Assembly (NCBI GenBank): GCA_025558095.1
Contig: JAIVFI010000006.1
Span: forward strand, 744,001 to 808,000
Reading direction: 5' to 3'
DNA length: 64,000 nucleotides
From: Hyaloraphidium curvatum SAG 235-1
Taxonomy: Eukaryota > Fungi > Monoblepharomycota
Below, in pieces: positions 22,971-34,601 of the stretch (position 1 is its first letter; each line of letters begins with the position of its first letter). A program made the position numbers and the translations under genes. The notes below the pieces were generated by a model. The model did not search any database and was not told where the DNA came from. It saw only the letters and a program-made list of their open reading frames with translations.

Positions 22971-24069
22971 TCACTTGCGGTCGATGGGAAAGTCAAAAGG
23001 CACCACCCATCTCGTGACGGGCAGCCCCTCCACCTCGGCCTCCCTCCCCTTGCCTCCGGCCAGGAACTCGTCCCTCAGCACCGGATGCGCGAGCTGCTCC
23101 GGCGCCACCTGCGGCCCGGCCTTGTTCCCGTGCGCCACGTCCTTTTCCAGCTGCGCGTCAAACTCGCCCGCCGCCAGCCGGTCGGGGAAGTAGATCTGCG
23201 TGCACAGGGTCCTGTAGCCGGGCGCCGAGACGTAGAAGTGCAGGTGGGGCGGGCGGACGGCGTCCGGGTACGAGGCGCCGGTGAGCTTGCAGTAGGCCGT
23301 GAGGAGGATGCCGGGGACGAAGCCGAGGAGGCCGTTGAAGACGTAGAACGCGGCGGCGGAGTACATGCCGATGCTGACGGGGTACAGCGTGCCGATGGCG
23401 TAGCGCCCCGTGGTGGGGTCCGCGGAGTAGACGCCGCGGAAGTCGTAGTCGAGGTCGAGGTCGCCGTACTTGGGGACGCGGCCGCGGGGATCCGCCGCCC
23501 ACGCGCGGAGGGTCGCGTTCGGAACGGGTTTGCCGGTGGCGCGGTCGACGACGCGGCCGAACATCGCGAGGGTGTCCTTGGAGTCGCTCTTGTCTTCGGC
23601 GCTGCGGTGCGACGCGAGGGAGGCAAAGTCGGCGCCGGAGTAGAGGGCGTTGACGACGGTGTCGAGGGGCGCGCTTATAGTGGGGCCGAAGAGCGAGGCA
23701 AGGAAGCCCCTGTGGCCGCTCTTGCGCCGGTCGTAGAGCCAGAACTTGCGCTGGGGAGGCGAGAGCACGTACTCGGGTCCGTCCTGCGATGGAAGGATCA
23801 GAGATGAGCAAAGGTCGGTCCTGCTATGCTCCGCCACGCACCGCATCCTCGAGCGGGTTCGACTGGTCGTAGCCCAGCAACTTGCCGATGAAGGTGCCGC
23901 GGAGCAGGGTGTCCCCGACGAGCGCACCCGGCCAGTAGAACAATCCGCTTGCGACGAGGGCCCCGAGCGCGAACGGCGCCGAGACCCGGGGCGCGACCTC
24001 GTTTTCGAGCTCCGACGCGGAAGCGGCGCCGTTGGCGGTTGCGGGAGCCGTCGTCTTGGTGGCGGACAT
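22971..24069 (-). CDS. Intradiol ring-cleavage dioxygenase-like protein; 1 intron
   Basis: DGPEY, FGRVVD..GKPVPNA..WAADPRG, RPPHLHFYVSAPGYRTLCTQIYF. Confidence 0.82.
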
Positions 24070-24127
24070 GTTCTCTGGTGGCTTGAGGATGCTTTCGTGG
24101 GTGCAGTCAAGGGTTTGTCTCCTTTAC

Positions 24128-24142
24128 GACAATTGAATTGTC
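24128..24142. promoter_or_regulatory. Palindrome GACAATT-G-AATTGTC in an 87-bp divergent intergenic region
   Basis: Perfect 7-bp inverted repeat with 1-nt spacer, AT-rich in a GC-rich context; function is inferred. Confidence 0.35.
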
Positions 24143-24156
24143 ACCCACGGGCAACA

Positions 24157-25139
24157 ATGGCATTCCGCTACGAACCGGTCCCGCAGCGGCTGCAGCGGCC
24201 CCACCTGCGGCTGTACCTCGACACCGCGTCGCCTTTCTCGTATCTGGCCGCGGTCGTCATGCTCCGGCTCCGCGACGACCCCGCGTCCCCCTGGCGCGGC
24301 AAGGCCGACTTTGAATTCGTCCCGATCTCGCTCCCGGAAGTCCGCAAGCGCGCCGACAACTGGCCCGGCCCGCCGGCCATCAGGAGTGGGTTCCCGCCCG
24401 CGGCCGGAGAAACCGGCCGTTGGTTTACCCTGCGGCCCCATCCTCCCTGACCCCCGGCGCGCAGAAAAGGCACGTTACCTTGCCCTGGACATGGTCCGCG
24501 ACCGCCGGACGTACCGCGTCCCGCTGGTCCCCAACCCTGCCGCGTTCCCCGCGCGGACCGAGGAGAACCTGCTACTGCTCACGCACATCAAGGTCAAGTA
24601 CGGCGAGAAGGCCTCAGAGACCGCGACGATGGCGCTGTTCGAGGCGTACTGGGTGAAGGACCAGGATCCGGCAAAGGACGCGGTGATGGAGGAGTGCGCG
24701 GGCAAGGCGGTGCCCGGGGGGCCGGCCAAGGTCCGGGAGATCCTGAAGGCGATCAGGAAGGACGGCAAGCAGGAGAAAGAGTGGCTTGAGAAGTGGGTGC
24801 CGTCACCATTAAGCTCTTTCCGGGCCGGTTGCTGACTGTCCTGCCTCCTCAGATGGACGACCGAGTGCGCCGACTCGGGCGCCTTCGGTGCCCCCTGGTT
24901 CAAGGGCTTCGCCGCGCGTCCGGACGGATCCACGGAGGAGCAAGTGTTTTTCGGGTGGGTACCTATGGCTTCCCGCCCTTCGCGCAAGCTGACCGAGCCC
25001 CTTCCGAACCAGCTCGGACCGCTTCGAGCACATCGCCGACTTCTTCGGGCTCCCCTGGAAGGGCTACATCACGTCCCCCGAGAGCACGCCCGTGCCGCCG
25101 CCGCTGCAATGGCCCCCGCCGCGGAAACCGAAGCTCTGA
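24157..25139 (+). CDS. DsbA-like GST-kappa / 2-hydroxychromene-2-carboxylate isomerase; 3 introns
   Basis: YLDTASPFSY, KARYL..D, GAFGAPWF, FFG|SDRFEHI; ends PKL*. Confidence 0.85.
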
Positions 25140-25716
25140 TGCCAGGGCCAAAAGCCTCTGTCGTTGCACCAAAGTGACGCCGCCAGTTGGGATGGGGGGG
25201 GAAGAGGGGGAAAAAGGAAAGAAAGCGTCGAACCCGTTTCACTTCGCCTCGAGAAAATGGGTCCGAAGCAACCTGCCACGGCCGACTGGTCGAAGTTCGA
25301 CTCTCCGGTCTCTTTGCGCGCTGCGCGACGGCCTCCTCGCCGCCTTCTGCGGACACCTCGCAACGTGGCTTCCGCTATTCGAACGACCGTTGCCGCCGGC
25401 GTTGATGCTTCCAACCGTCATTCATTTCCCGCGAGCGAAACTGAAGAGGCCGAGCACCTGCTGTACGCTGATGAGGCCGCTTCTGGAAGGATGCAGCTGG
25501 AGAGGGTGCAGAATCCCTTTGGACCTCCATGCCCCTTGCTGGCGGTCGGAAACCACCGGCGCGCCGGTGAAGTGGCTTGCGGGGCCAGCGGACGCATCTC
25601 GAGGCGCACATCGTCGTCCGGGCGGGCGTTGGCGGGCTCCCGACGCGTGCCGTTGGGGCCCCGCCTTTGTCTCCCCGGTTTCCTCCGACCCCCGGCGGAC
25701 GCCTTGCTGGCAGACG

Positions 25717-28700
25717 ATGGAGGGGGAAAACGGTGCCGGCAGCGCGTCGCCGACGGCGCCCGCGGAAGACGAGGGCATCGCCTCCCTCCTGTACAAGAAC
25801 AGGCTCAGTGCCCACTCGCTGAAGCCCGGCGCGCCCGTGGTGTTCGCTCACGCCAACTCCCCGCGCAACAAGCCCGGCTGGATGACCACCCTGGACACGA
25901 TGAAAGAAAAAGAGATCAGCAACTTGAACAGGGACAGCCTGTTGTCGGTTTGGAGCAGGAGCGAGGGCACCTTTGTGCTGTACGTGCCGCCACCGACGAG
26001 CGCGTTCGCAGGGAGCTCATTCAAGCGTCCGCAGCTCCCGCACGGCCATTTCGCCCGACTCAGGAAGCGGCAGGAAGGTCTTGCCGCGAGTGCCTCCCCG
26101 CGGCCCGCGCCTGGTACCCCCGACCTCCTCCCCGCCGCTGGCTTCGAGCCCGAGCCCGCCTTCCGAGGGCCCGCTTGCGCAAGGCGGTTCTTCTCCCCTT
26201 GGCCACCGATCCGCTGCTTTGCGGTCTTTCGATGCATCGGAAAGCGAAGGGGAAGAGGACGGGCGGGACGGAGCCCAACAGGGCCTTTCGCCTTCAGGGG
26301 TGGAAGAAGTGGTCGAGTGGGACGGCACGCCCGCCGCCGAAGATGCCGCGGGAGCACCGGACGGAGGTGCCCGGGAAGAATCCGCCTCGCCATCCGTCGA
26401 GGAGGCGTTCGAGGACGCCGAGGACGCGCCCCAGGAGCCCGCCGGCCATCCACCCGTGGAGCACCTCGAGGGCCGGGACGTCGGATCCTTTCCGACGGAC
26501 GGCCGGCTGCTCGAACTGAGCAAGTCCGAAGCGCAGTTCCTCCAAGACCTGCATCAGGTGCGGGAGGAGATCGACGAGGTACTGAATCAGAGCGAACCCG
26601 GAGTTCCCGGACGCCGGCAAGTGCCCGCGGGACCCTCGGAAAGCGACGGACAGCACCCGGCCCCCACGATGCCGGCCGGGTCCGGGAACGCGGAGCACTT
26701 GGAGCCTGCGCAGCCCGCCGGCAGGGAGCACCCGGGTCCCGCTGCGCTTTCCCGGCCCGAGATCTCCCCCCGTTATACCGTGCGCGAGATCAGCCGCCTC
26801 GCCGCCGGCCTCGAGTCCGAACTGGAAGCTCTGGAGGAAGAGAACGGCCGGCTCCGCGCGAGGGAGGCGGAGCGGGACCGCGAGGCGGCCAGAATTCAAG
26901 AGGAGGCGAGGGCGGAAACGGAGGGCCTGCGGAAGCGGATCGCGGAGCTGGAGGCCGAGGCGACGCAGGCGCAGCGCGCGGCCGAGGCAGAGAGGCAGAC
27001 GGCGACCGGGCTCAGGGAGGGAGCCGGGCGCGCCGAGAAGCTGGCGTCGGAGCTGGACTCCGAGCGCGCGAAGCAGGTCGAGCTCACTGGCAAGGTCGCG
27101 CAGATGGAGGAGCAGCTCGAAAGGGCTGCGTCGGCGGTGGCGGAGGCACAAGGGGAGCGCGATCGGGCGGCGGCGCAGCTCCAGTCGGAGCGTTCCGGGC
27201 GTGCCAAACTCGAGGACAGGGTCGTGGAGCTCGAGTCGGAGCTGGAGAAGGCCAGGTCGGCGGCATCCACGGCGCAGAAGGACCGCGATCGGGCTGCGAG
27301 AGAGCTCCGCCAGGCCGCCGATGCCAAGGACGAGGCTGAGCAGAAGCTTGCGCAAGCCGAGGAGGCGGCATCCACGGCGCAGAAGGACTACGACCGGGCG
27401 TTGACGCAGCTCCGCCAGGCGGTCGAGGCCGTGGAGAGCAGGCTGGCTAAAGAAACGAAGGAGCGGACACGCGTCGAGGCGGTCAAGAGGAACGCGCAAC
27501 AGGAACTCAGGAAGACCAGGAGCGAGCTGAAGGATTCCGAGGAAAACGTCAGGCAGCTCATCCGCAAGAGGGAGGAAGCCGCCAAGGTCGGCGACACGAC
27601 GCCGGAAGCCGAGGAGCAACACGACGGTTCGGGTCGAGCGGCAACTTCGGAATCAAGTTCCCTCGCGCAAGCGGCCTCGTCGTCCTCGGCGGATCCGCCT
27701 GCCGTACCGGCGACTCCGACGTCAAGCGGGCGCGCAAGCCCGGCTTCGGCGACATGCGCCTCCCTCCCTCCTGCCCTCTCCGGCTCCAGCACATCCGCCG
27801 GCAACCTTTCCCTCCCCACCCCCACGACCACCCCCGTCCGCACTGCCTCTGAACTGCTGAATCCGAAGGAGCTGGTGCGCGCGGACGTCAAGCATGCCTG
27901 GAATGTCTGCAAGAAACGTCACGCACAAACCGACCGCGCCCGTTCCGAATCAGTGTCGTCGTTGGGCACTGCGCGGCCGCAGAGGGACACGGTCACGGAA
28001 GTGGATTTCGACGCGCTTGGCAGGCGCTTCAACGCAAAATGGTGAGACTTCCCGAGGTCAGCGTGTCACGGCTTGTCACGACGGAATCTCCACAGGCGCC
28101 AGCTATCCCGGGTGCAGATCGCACGCAGGGACGCCGTCGGCTTCCTCCGCTTCGCCAGGGAGGAGCTCGGGTTCCAGCCCTGGCCGGAGGATCCCCCGGA
28201 GCCGTACGTCGAGCCGAAGCCCGACGACGTGGAGGGAGCGGAGAGCGACGCCGAGGGGAATGACGCCGGTGGAGACGGAGGAAACGGCGAGGACCGGAAC
28301 CCGGGCGCGGAGGGCGACGACGAGAGGGAGGTCGGCGGCGGAGACGGGAGCAACGTCGAGGAGCGGAAAAATGGCGGGGAGGGCGACGACGAGAAGGAGG
28401 ACCGCGGCGAGAACGAGGAGCGGAGAAAGGACAAGGGCAAGGGCAAGCCGGAGCGACGAAGCCGGGAGCTAGAGTCGGATGAGGAGAAGACGAGGAAAAG
28501 GGCCAAGACCGAGAGCTCCGCGAGCCCGCCGCGGCGGCCGAAGAGCGCGGTGGCCAAGACGTCTTCATCGGCTGGATCAGGGCAAGGAGTTGCTTCTCCG
28601 TTGGGAGAGCAGGCCGAACAAGGGGTGCTGGGCAAGGCTGCAGACGATGCAGATGACCACGGGGCGGCGGCTTCGAATCCTGAGGTCGTCGTGATCAGCA

Positions 28701-28723
28701 GTGACTCTGATGAATCCGAGTAG
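25717..28723 (+). CDS. Large coiled-coil, low-complexity protein; introns near 25.98 kb and 28.05 kb
   Basis: Long E/A/R heptad region; internal 35-aa duplication (AASTAQKD.DRA..LRQA); basic RKRAK NLS-like tail. Confidence 0.65.
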
Positions 28724-28954
28724 TTGATCTTTTGGATTGTTGCTTTTCATTCTGATGGAATCTTCCCTTGATCTGTGCGCGGAATGATCTTAAGGGGGGC
28801 GTGAGGCTGCGGCCGCGCTGCGCCCTTTCCAGAGCGTCCCGAGTCACCCACGATTTGTCCTTCAAACGCGCCTGGGCACTTTCTCGTCCACCTTGGCACC
28901 CTTCCACTGACATTTCCGTACATTCCGCGGCGAAATTCGGCAGACCGGCTCGCG

Positions 28955-30529
28955 ATGGCTGCTGCTTCGGAGGACGCTTCTGCGTCCCTTCCAGAGGATC
29001 CCCACCGGCGCTCCCTCGACAAGACGCTCCCGAACAACGATTCCGTCTCTCTCCCGCCTAAAACGGACGCTCAGTATTCCCCGGCGCCGGACCTGGAGCG
29101 CGGAGTGCCCGATGCCGAGGGCGAGAGCGCTCTGGTCCGCAGGCTCGACCTTCGGATCATTCCCTGGATCGGGCTCTGCTACCTCTTCGCCTATCTGGAC
29201 CGGTCCAACATTGGCAACGCCGTGATTGCGGAGGGCGACATGCTGGGATCCCTCGGGATAGCTCCGGGCTCTCCCGAGTACTCCCTCGCCCTGTCAATCT
29301 TCTTCGTGGGGTACCTCCTCTTCGAAATCCCCTCCAATATCCTGCTCAAGTGGGCGACCCCGTCCAAGTGGATCGCGAGGATCATGGTGACTTGGGGCAT
29401 TGTGGCGGCGTGCACGGCCGCAGTAACCAACGCCGCCGGGCTCATCGCCGTCCGCTTCTTCCTCGGCGTCGCCGAGGCGGGGTTCTTTCCCGGCGTCATC
29501 TACTTCTTCGCCTTCTGGTACCGGCAGGACGAGCAGGCGAGGCGGATCTCGTGGTTCTTTGGCGCAGTCTCGCTCGCCGGCGCCTTTTCGGGCCTGCTTG
29601 CCTCGGCAATTGGCTTCCTCCACGGCGTCGGGGGCCTAGACGCCTGGCAGTACCTGTTCATCATCGAAGGTGTGCCATCCGTGATCCTCGGCATCCTGAC
29701 GATCTGGATGCTGCCCGATTTCCCTGGCACGGGCGCTAAGTGGTTCGGCCGCGAGTGGCTAACTCCCGAGGAAGACGCGCTTGCGGCGTCGAGGATGGCG
29801 GAGCATGCGCCCAAGGCTTCGGACCCGGCATTCGACTGGATCGAGTTTAAGGAGCTGTTTTCGAACCCGAGCCGGGCACGGACGGCATCGACATACCTCT
29901 TGCCGCTGATCTACTTTGCCTTCGCCTGCGGCAACTATTCGATCAGCTTCTACCTCCCCACGGTCGTATTGAGCTTGGGGTCGTTCCAAACCTGGCAAGC
30001 CCAGCTTCTGACGGTGCCGCCTTACATCGTCGGCTTCTTTGCCGCCATCTCTGCCTCGTGGTTCTCCGACCGCTGGGCAAAGGTACACGGAGACGAGCCC
30101 ACCTTCAAGGCCTCGCGAGCCTGGCAACTCGGCCTTGCATTCACGCTGACTCTCATCGGTGTCTCGGTCTGGGCCGCCGGCGTTTCTGGCTGGGCCGGCT
30201 ACGCCGCCGCCTTCCCCCTCCTTGCCGGCAACCAGGCGGCGGTGCCCATTTTCTGGGCCTACGGGGCGCAGCACTTTTTCCGCGGGGCCACGGGCCATTC
30301 GGTGGGCATCGCCTGGGTGAATAGCGTCGGGAACCTGGGCGGATTCGCCGCGCCGTACTTCTTTTTCGGGACGGGCCAGGAACGCCTCACGAGGGGTTTC
30401 ATGATCAACGCCTGCGTCCTATCGGTAGGGATCGCGCTGCTGGCGCTGCTGGAAGCAATCAGGCTGTCGGAGGCGCAGCGGACTTTGCGGACGACCGTGT
30501 CGGCGGATGAAGAGCCGAGCAAGGTGTAA
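28955..30529 (+). CDS. MFS transporter, allantoate/nicotinate (ACS) permease type
   Basis: RRLDLRIIP, YLDRSNIGNA, FEIPSN, RFFLGVAEAGFFPG, WQYLFIIEG; about 12 TMs. Confidence 0.92.
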   Translation: MAAASEDASASLPEDPHRRSLDKTLPNNDSVSLPPKTDAQYSPAPDLERGVPDAEGESALVRRLDLRIIPWIGLCYLFAYLDRSNIGNAVIAEGDMLGSLGIAPGSPEYSLALSIFFVGYLLFEIPSNILLKWATPSKWIARIMVTWGIVAACTAAVTNAAGLIAVRFFLGVAEAGFFPGVIYFFAFWYRQDEQARRISWFFGAVSLAGAFSGLLASAIGFLHGVGGLDAWQYLFIIEGVPSVILGILTIWMLPDFPGTGAKWFGREWLTPEEDALAASRMAEHAPKASDPAFDWIEFKELFSNPSRARTASTYLLPLIYFAFACGNYSISFYLPTVVLSLGSFQTWQAQLLTVPPYIVGFFAAISASWFSDRWAKVHGDEPTFKASRAWQLGLAFTLTLIGVSVWAAGVSGWAGYAAAFPLLAGNQAAVPIFWAYGAQHFFRGATGHSVGIAWVNSVGNLGGFAAPYFFFGTGQERLTRGFMINACVLSVGIALLALLEAIRLSEAQRTLRTTVSADEEPSKV

Positions 30530-30617
30530 AGACGAGGGGAGCCAATCCTCGAGGCTGACGGGCAAATCCCTCATCGTCGTCGTCAATCGCGTGCCCCCCG
30601 CGTCCTCTCAAACCGCA

Positions 30618-32185
30618 ATGGCCGAAGTGCGCCGCGTCGAGGCCACCGATTTCACGCCCGCGGAGTGGACGGCCTTGTTTCCGGCGCCCTCCGCTCCCGT
30701 GGACACGTTCGGAGGCGAGGACGGCGCTGAGGATCCCGCCGCGGCTGGGCGCGCCGCGGACCCGTTCACGAAGGAGGCCCAGGCCAAGGAATTCGATTCC
30801 CAGCCTCTGAAGGGACTTGCCTGGCTCGGAGAACATCTCGCGGCGTCTGCGTCGGGTTGGAGCCGTTGGAGCGCTTTCATCTGCTGGGCTTCACTGTTTG
30901 CTCCCTCAACCGTTCTCCTCGCCGTCGCGGCGTCCTGGAACAACGGCCAGTACTCCACCGGGAGCGTGGCCGTGGGATTTGCGGGCATCTGCGCCAATTA
31001 CGTGACGACTCTCTCAATTATGGTGCTCGTTGCCAAGATGCTGCCGAACGGTGTGCCGCCCGACTTTTGGACCACCGCCGGTCTCTTCCGCTGGCTCAGG
31101 CTCGTGCGCGCGCCGGGTGCTGATTCGGGCAAAGGCGAGACACCGGCACGCCTGGTGGAGCACGTGGCCGGCGACCCCGTGTGCACCTGCGCAACCTGCG
31201 GCCGACACGCTCAGACTGCTGCGGGATGGCTGGCCCTCATCGATATGCTTACCAACTATTTCCTTGCTTTGGCCATCTTTTTCTTCGCCGTGTATACCCC
31301 TGTTGTGACCCACGGGCCCCGCTTGGGCTCCACCTCCTGGGGCATCACACTACTCACCCTTTACGGTCAGTCCTGCGAGCTCGCAAGCAGAGAAACAACA
31401 AGATGACGACCTCCTTCTCTAGCGATTGCTTTGTTCGCCAATATTCTCGCGTGGACGGACAGGTACAAGCTCACGAGCAACATCGCCTACAGCGGGCTCG
31501 AGCGGCGCCTCCAAACACGAGCCGTGGCGCTGTCCATGCGGGACCTTCTTCTACCTTTCCGCGACTCTTTAGCCAACGGCGCTCTCCCGCCGCGGCTCGA
31601 AGGGGGAGAATGGCTCTACGTTCGCCTTCATTACAGATTCGTCTCCCTTTGCCGCTCCAGGGACCGGCAAGACCAGAGCCTGCTGAGCAGGCTGTACGCC
31701 CTCATCCAGGTGCCGCTCTTGGTCTTGTGCGCTCTTCTCATGGCGGTGGGCTGCCTCGCCTGCTGACACAAACCCAGCTGATCGCCCGATCCGACCAGGC
31801 CGTCGGCCGTTGCCTAAACGTCTGGATCATCGTGTACTTTGCGCATGTGGTTGCCTGGTTCACCACCAACGCCGTCAACCTGGCCGCACGGAACTCGCTC
31901 CTGGATGCCGTCGACGGCCTGTACCGCGATGCTCAGCGCGAGTTGCGAACGCTGATGCTCCGTGCCCGCCCGGGACCGCTCGCGGACGAGGTCGCGCTGC
32001 ATGTTTCCGCTTTGGAGGGCTTTGTCGCGGCCACCGCAGGGCGGGCGCGGCTTTTCGGGTTCGTGGTCTCGTACGGGACGGTGCGGACGATGCTGGTCAC
32101 CATCGTGACTGTCGCGGTGGCACTCTGGAGCGTGTTGAGAGGGCTGGGCGTCACGCTGACCCCGGAGAGCTTCTGCCCGGCGTAG
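30618..32185 (+). CDS. 7-TM family member B; 2 introns
   Basis: DFTPAEW, WNNG, LFRWLRL, HVAGDPVCTCATC, ERRLQTRA, WLYVRLHY, LFGFVVSYGTVRT...ESFCPA; intron positions match member A. Confidence 0.82.
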
Positions 32186-32343
32186 CTCTATTGTAGAGAG
32201 CACTTGATATCGTCGTAAATCGTCAATGCTGCAGTGTTCGGTTCATTGTCTGCCCTTCCCCTAGTTCAGTGCAACGTCCCGCTTCAGACTGACATATTGG
32301 AGCCAATCTGAGCGAAGCAGGGATTCGCTGAGTTCGCAATCAG

Positions 32344-32808
32344 TCAGAGGTCGCGGCACATGAGCACATGTCCGGTCGAGTCGTCCCCAAGACCGGCAGC
32401 CTCCACAGGCGCGTCGCGGCCGGTGACTACGAAGCCAATACGCGTGTGGAACGCGACGGAGGCCTCGTTAACTGTTGAAGTAACGCATCGCACGCGTCGT
32501 ACCCCGCGTGCGCGCACCAGGTCCGCGAAAGCGTCGTGTAGCCGCCTGCCCAGCCCTTGGCCCCGCAGCCGCGGGTCCACGCCGACCATGTGAACGTACG
32601 CCTCGTCCGGGTGGTCCTGCGACACGAAGCCGATGAGGAAGCCGGCGAGCTCGTCATCGGCCTCGGCCACGAGCGACGTCCCGGCAAAGTGTTCCAGGAA
32701 CAGAGACGGCACGAGAGCGCGCAGGTCGCGGCCACCCCACCACGCGGGCATTGCCGCGAGGATGCGCGCGTGGTCGGAAAGGCGCGCGCCTCGCAGCTCG
32801 ACCGCCAT
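32344..32808 (-). CDS. GNAT N-acetyltransferase, bacterial-type, intronless
   Basis: WWGGRDL..LFLEHF, YVHMVGVDPRLRGQGLGRRL (acetyl-CoA motif), N..SVAFHTRIGF. Confidence 0.9.
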   Translation of the reverse strand: MAVELRGARLSDHARILAAMPAWWGGRDLRALVPSLFLEHFAGTSLVAEADDELAGFLIGFVSQDHPDEAYVHMVGVDPRLRGQGLGRRLHDAFADLVRARGVRRVRCVTSTVNEASVAFHTRIGFVVTGRDAPVEAAGLGDDSTGHVLMCRDL

Positions 32809-32816
32809 TCCTTGTT

Positions 32817-33248
32817 ATGAGCCGTGAGGGGGCCAACGATGAAAACTCCGGACCCGCACCCGGGAAAAAGCCGCTGCTCGCACATGCTGCTATCAGTCCT
32901 GTCCTAGATGACGAAGGACCCAAGAAACAATCACCGTGGGATTGACCGGGCGTTCGGTATTTCCTTCTCCATCGTCTTGGCGATCTCGTAATCTCGTGCA
33001 GCCGCGCGAGGGCGTTGGGCTGCTTCAAGGAGTGCTGCTGCCACATCGGCAGGTTGAAAAAGGACATGTTCGGCGGGGACATAACCACGTGGCGGAACTC
33101 TTCTGCTTTCAATCCTGGTGCCCCGCCCCGCGCCAGTGACGAAGGAGAGCTTCAAGCGGTGCGCGAGATGCAAGCTGGCCCAGTACTGCTCGCTCCAGTG
33201 CCAGAAGATGCACTAGCCCATGAATCGCTCGGGATGCAGCACGGCTGA
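32817..33248 (+). pseudogene. MYND zinc-finger pseudogene
   Basis: VISCSRARALGCFKEC, then a frameshift to FKRCARCKLAQYCSLQCQKMH*P; the conserved Trp codon is TAG at 33214-33216. Confidence 0.7.
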
Positions 33249-33558
33249 CCCGAGCTTGGCGTCGACGCCGCGTTGACAGAAGGACGAGTCGGAGGCGCCT
33301 TAGGGCGGGATGTGCTGTTCGGGGCGACAAGACGGGCAGGACGGTTGGAAGCCCATCCAGCGCGCCACGAGTCTCTGTAGACATGAGAGAACATTGAAGT
33401 TGATAATCAAGCTTCGACACGGGCGGAAGTCGGCACCGCCGGAAGTTCCGGAACTCCCCGAAGCGTCGCAAGGGAACGGCCGACGCGCGCCGACCGCCTT
33501 TCGTTGCCTTCCTCGGAGCCCAGCGCGGCTCCTTCCGCTCCGAATTGAGGGGCGTCCG

Positions 33559-34422
33559 ATGGCGTCCGAATCGCCCCAGCCGGGCCCCCCGCCCGAGCTC
33601 CCGCCGGAGCTCACCCTCCTCACGTTCGGCCACCACTTCCCCCCGTACCCGGCCTGCGCGCGCGTCTTCTCCGTGCGCGCGTTCAAGTCCCCCAAGGGCG
33701 CGCTCAAGGGCAAGAACGGCCTCGCGCGGGAGCTGCAGGACGCGCTGCTGGCGGTGCCCGGGGCGCGGGAGCGGATGGCCGAGATCTGCGGGTTCGCGGA
33801 GCGCGCGGCGAGGGATCCCCGGGGGGCGGTGCCGGCCCCGGATGGGTCGGTGTCGAACGACGAGATGTCGGCGGCGAATTCGGACGCGGACCCCGAGAGC
33901 GAGGTCGAGCCGGGGAGGTCGCCGACGCCGCCCTCGGGGACGGCCACCCCGGCGCCGGAGGAATCCCCGCTGCCGCCGGGGCCCGTGGTCGGGATCATGT
34001 GCGACCACGGGCGGCATCGCAGCGTGGCGATGGCGGAGTTGTGCAGGGCGGAGCTGGAGAGGAGGGGGGTCAGGGTGCACGTGCGGCACAGGGACCTGGG
34101 GAGGGGGAAGACGGCAAAGGAGAGGGAAAAGACGGAACGGAGGCTGGCCAGGGAACGGGAGGAAGCGGAGGGGAGGGGGGAGGGAGGGGTCGTGGACGGG
34201 CTCGAGGCCGAGGCGGACCGGATCGCGGTGGCGGAGGTGGCGGACGGGCAGGCCCCGCCCGACGCTCCGCCCAACGCGGCCAACGCAGCCAACGCGGCCA
34301 AGCCGCCTCTTGCCGACGATTTGGAGGGATTGGCGTCGCCTACGCCGACGGACGCCCGCCCCAACGAGCACCACGAGCAACGGCAGAATGGGAGTGCCGG
34401 TGCCCCCGGGAACGGACCTTGA
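33559..34422 (+). CDS. Stand-alone RapZ C-terminal-domain-like protein
   Basis: LTFGHH...VFSVRAFKSP...KNGL and VGIMCDHGRHRSVAMAE...VRHRDL match the RapZ SFG/DVR/CTGGxHRSV/HR pattern. Confidence 0.75.
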   Translation: MASESPQPGPPPELPPELTLLTFGHHFPPYPACARVFSVRAFKSPKGALKGKNGLARELQDALLAVPGARERMAEICGFAERAARDPRGAVPAPDGSVSNDEMSAANSDADPESEVEPGRSPTPPSGTATPAPEESPLPPGPVVGIMCDHGRHRSVAMAELCRAELERRGVRVHVRHRDLGRGKTAKEREKTERRLAREREEAEGRGEGGVVDGLEAEADRIAVAEVADGQAPPDAPPNAANAANAAKPPLADDLEGLASPTPTDARPNEHHEQRQNGSAGAPGNGP

Positions 34423-34601
34423 AAATGTACGTCACCAGGAATTGGAGATCGGAGTGGCCGGCTGTAACCGGTCGAGAACCCAATTCGCTGGACAAGCCGG
34501 ATCAGCTACTTGCTGACCGCGGGGTCCTTGGGACCGAAGCTTCACTCGACACACCAGCACCTTCCCAGAAGCACGTCTCCCGCCCCGCATCTCGATCCGC
34601 A

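Noticed and set aside
24793-27339. 848-aa ORF and many other long Arg/Pro/Gly-rich ORFs (e.g. 58176-60317, 4950-6032, 35621-36976)
   Set aside because: Off-frame or antisense shadows of real genes in high-GC DNA; some contain only one true exon
33214-33216. TGG-to-TAG change as RIP or stop-codon recoding
   Set aside because: A single change in a locus with other lesions; TAG is an ordinary stop in many genes here
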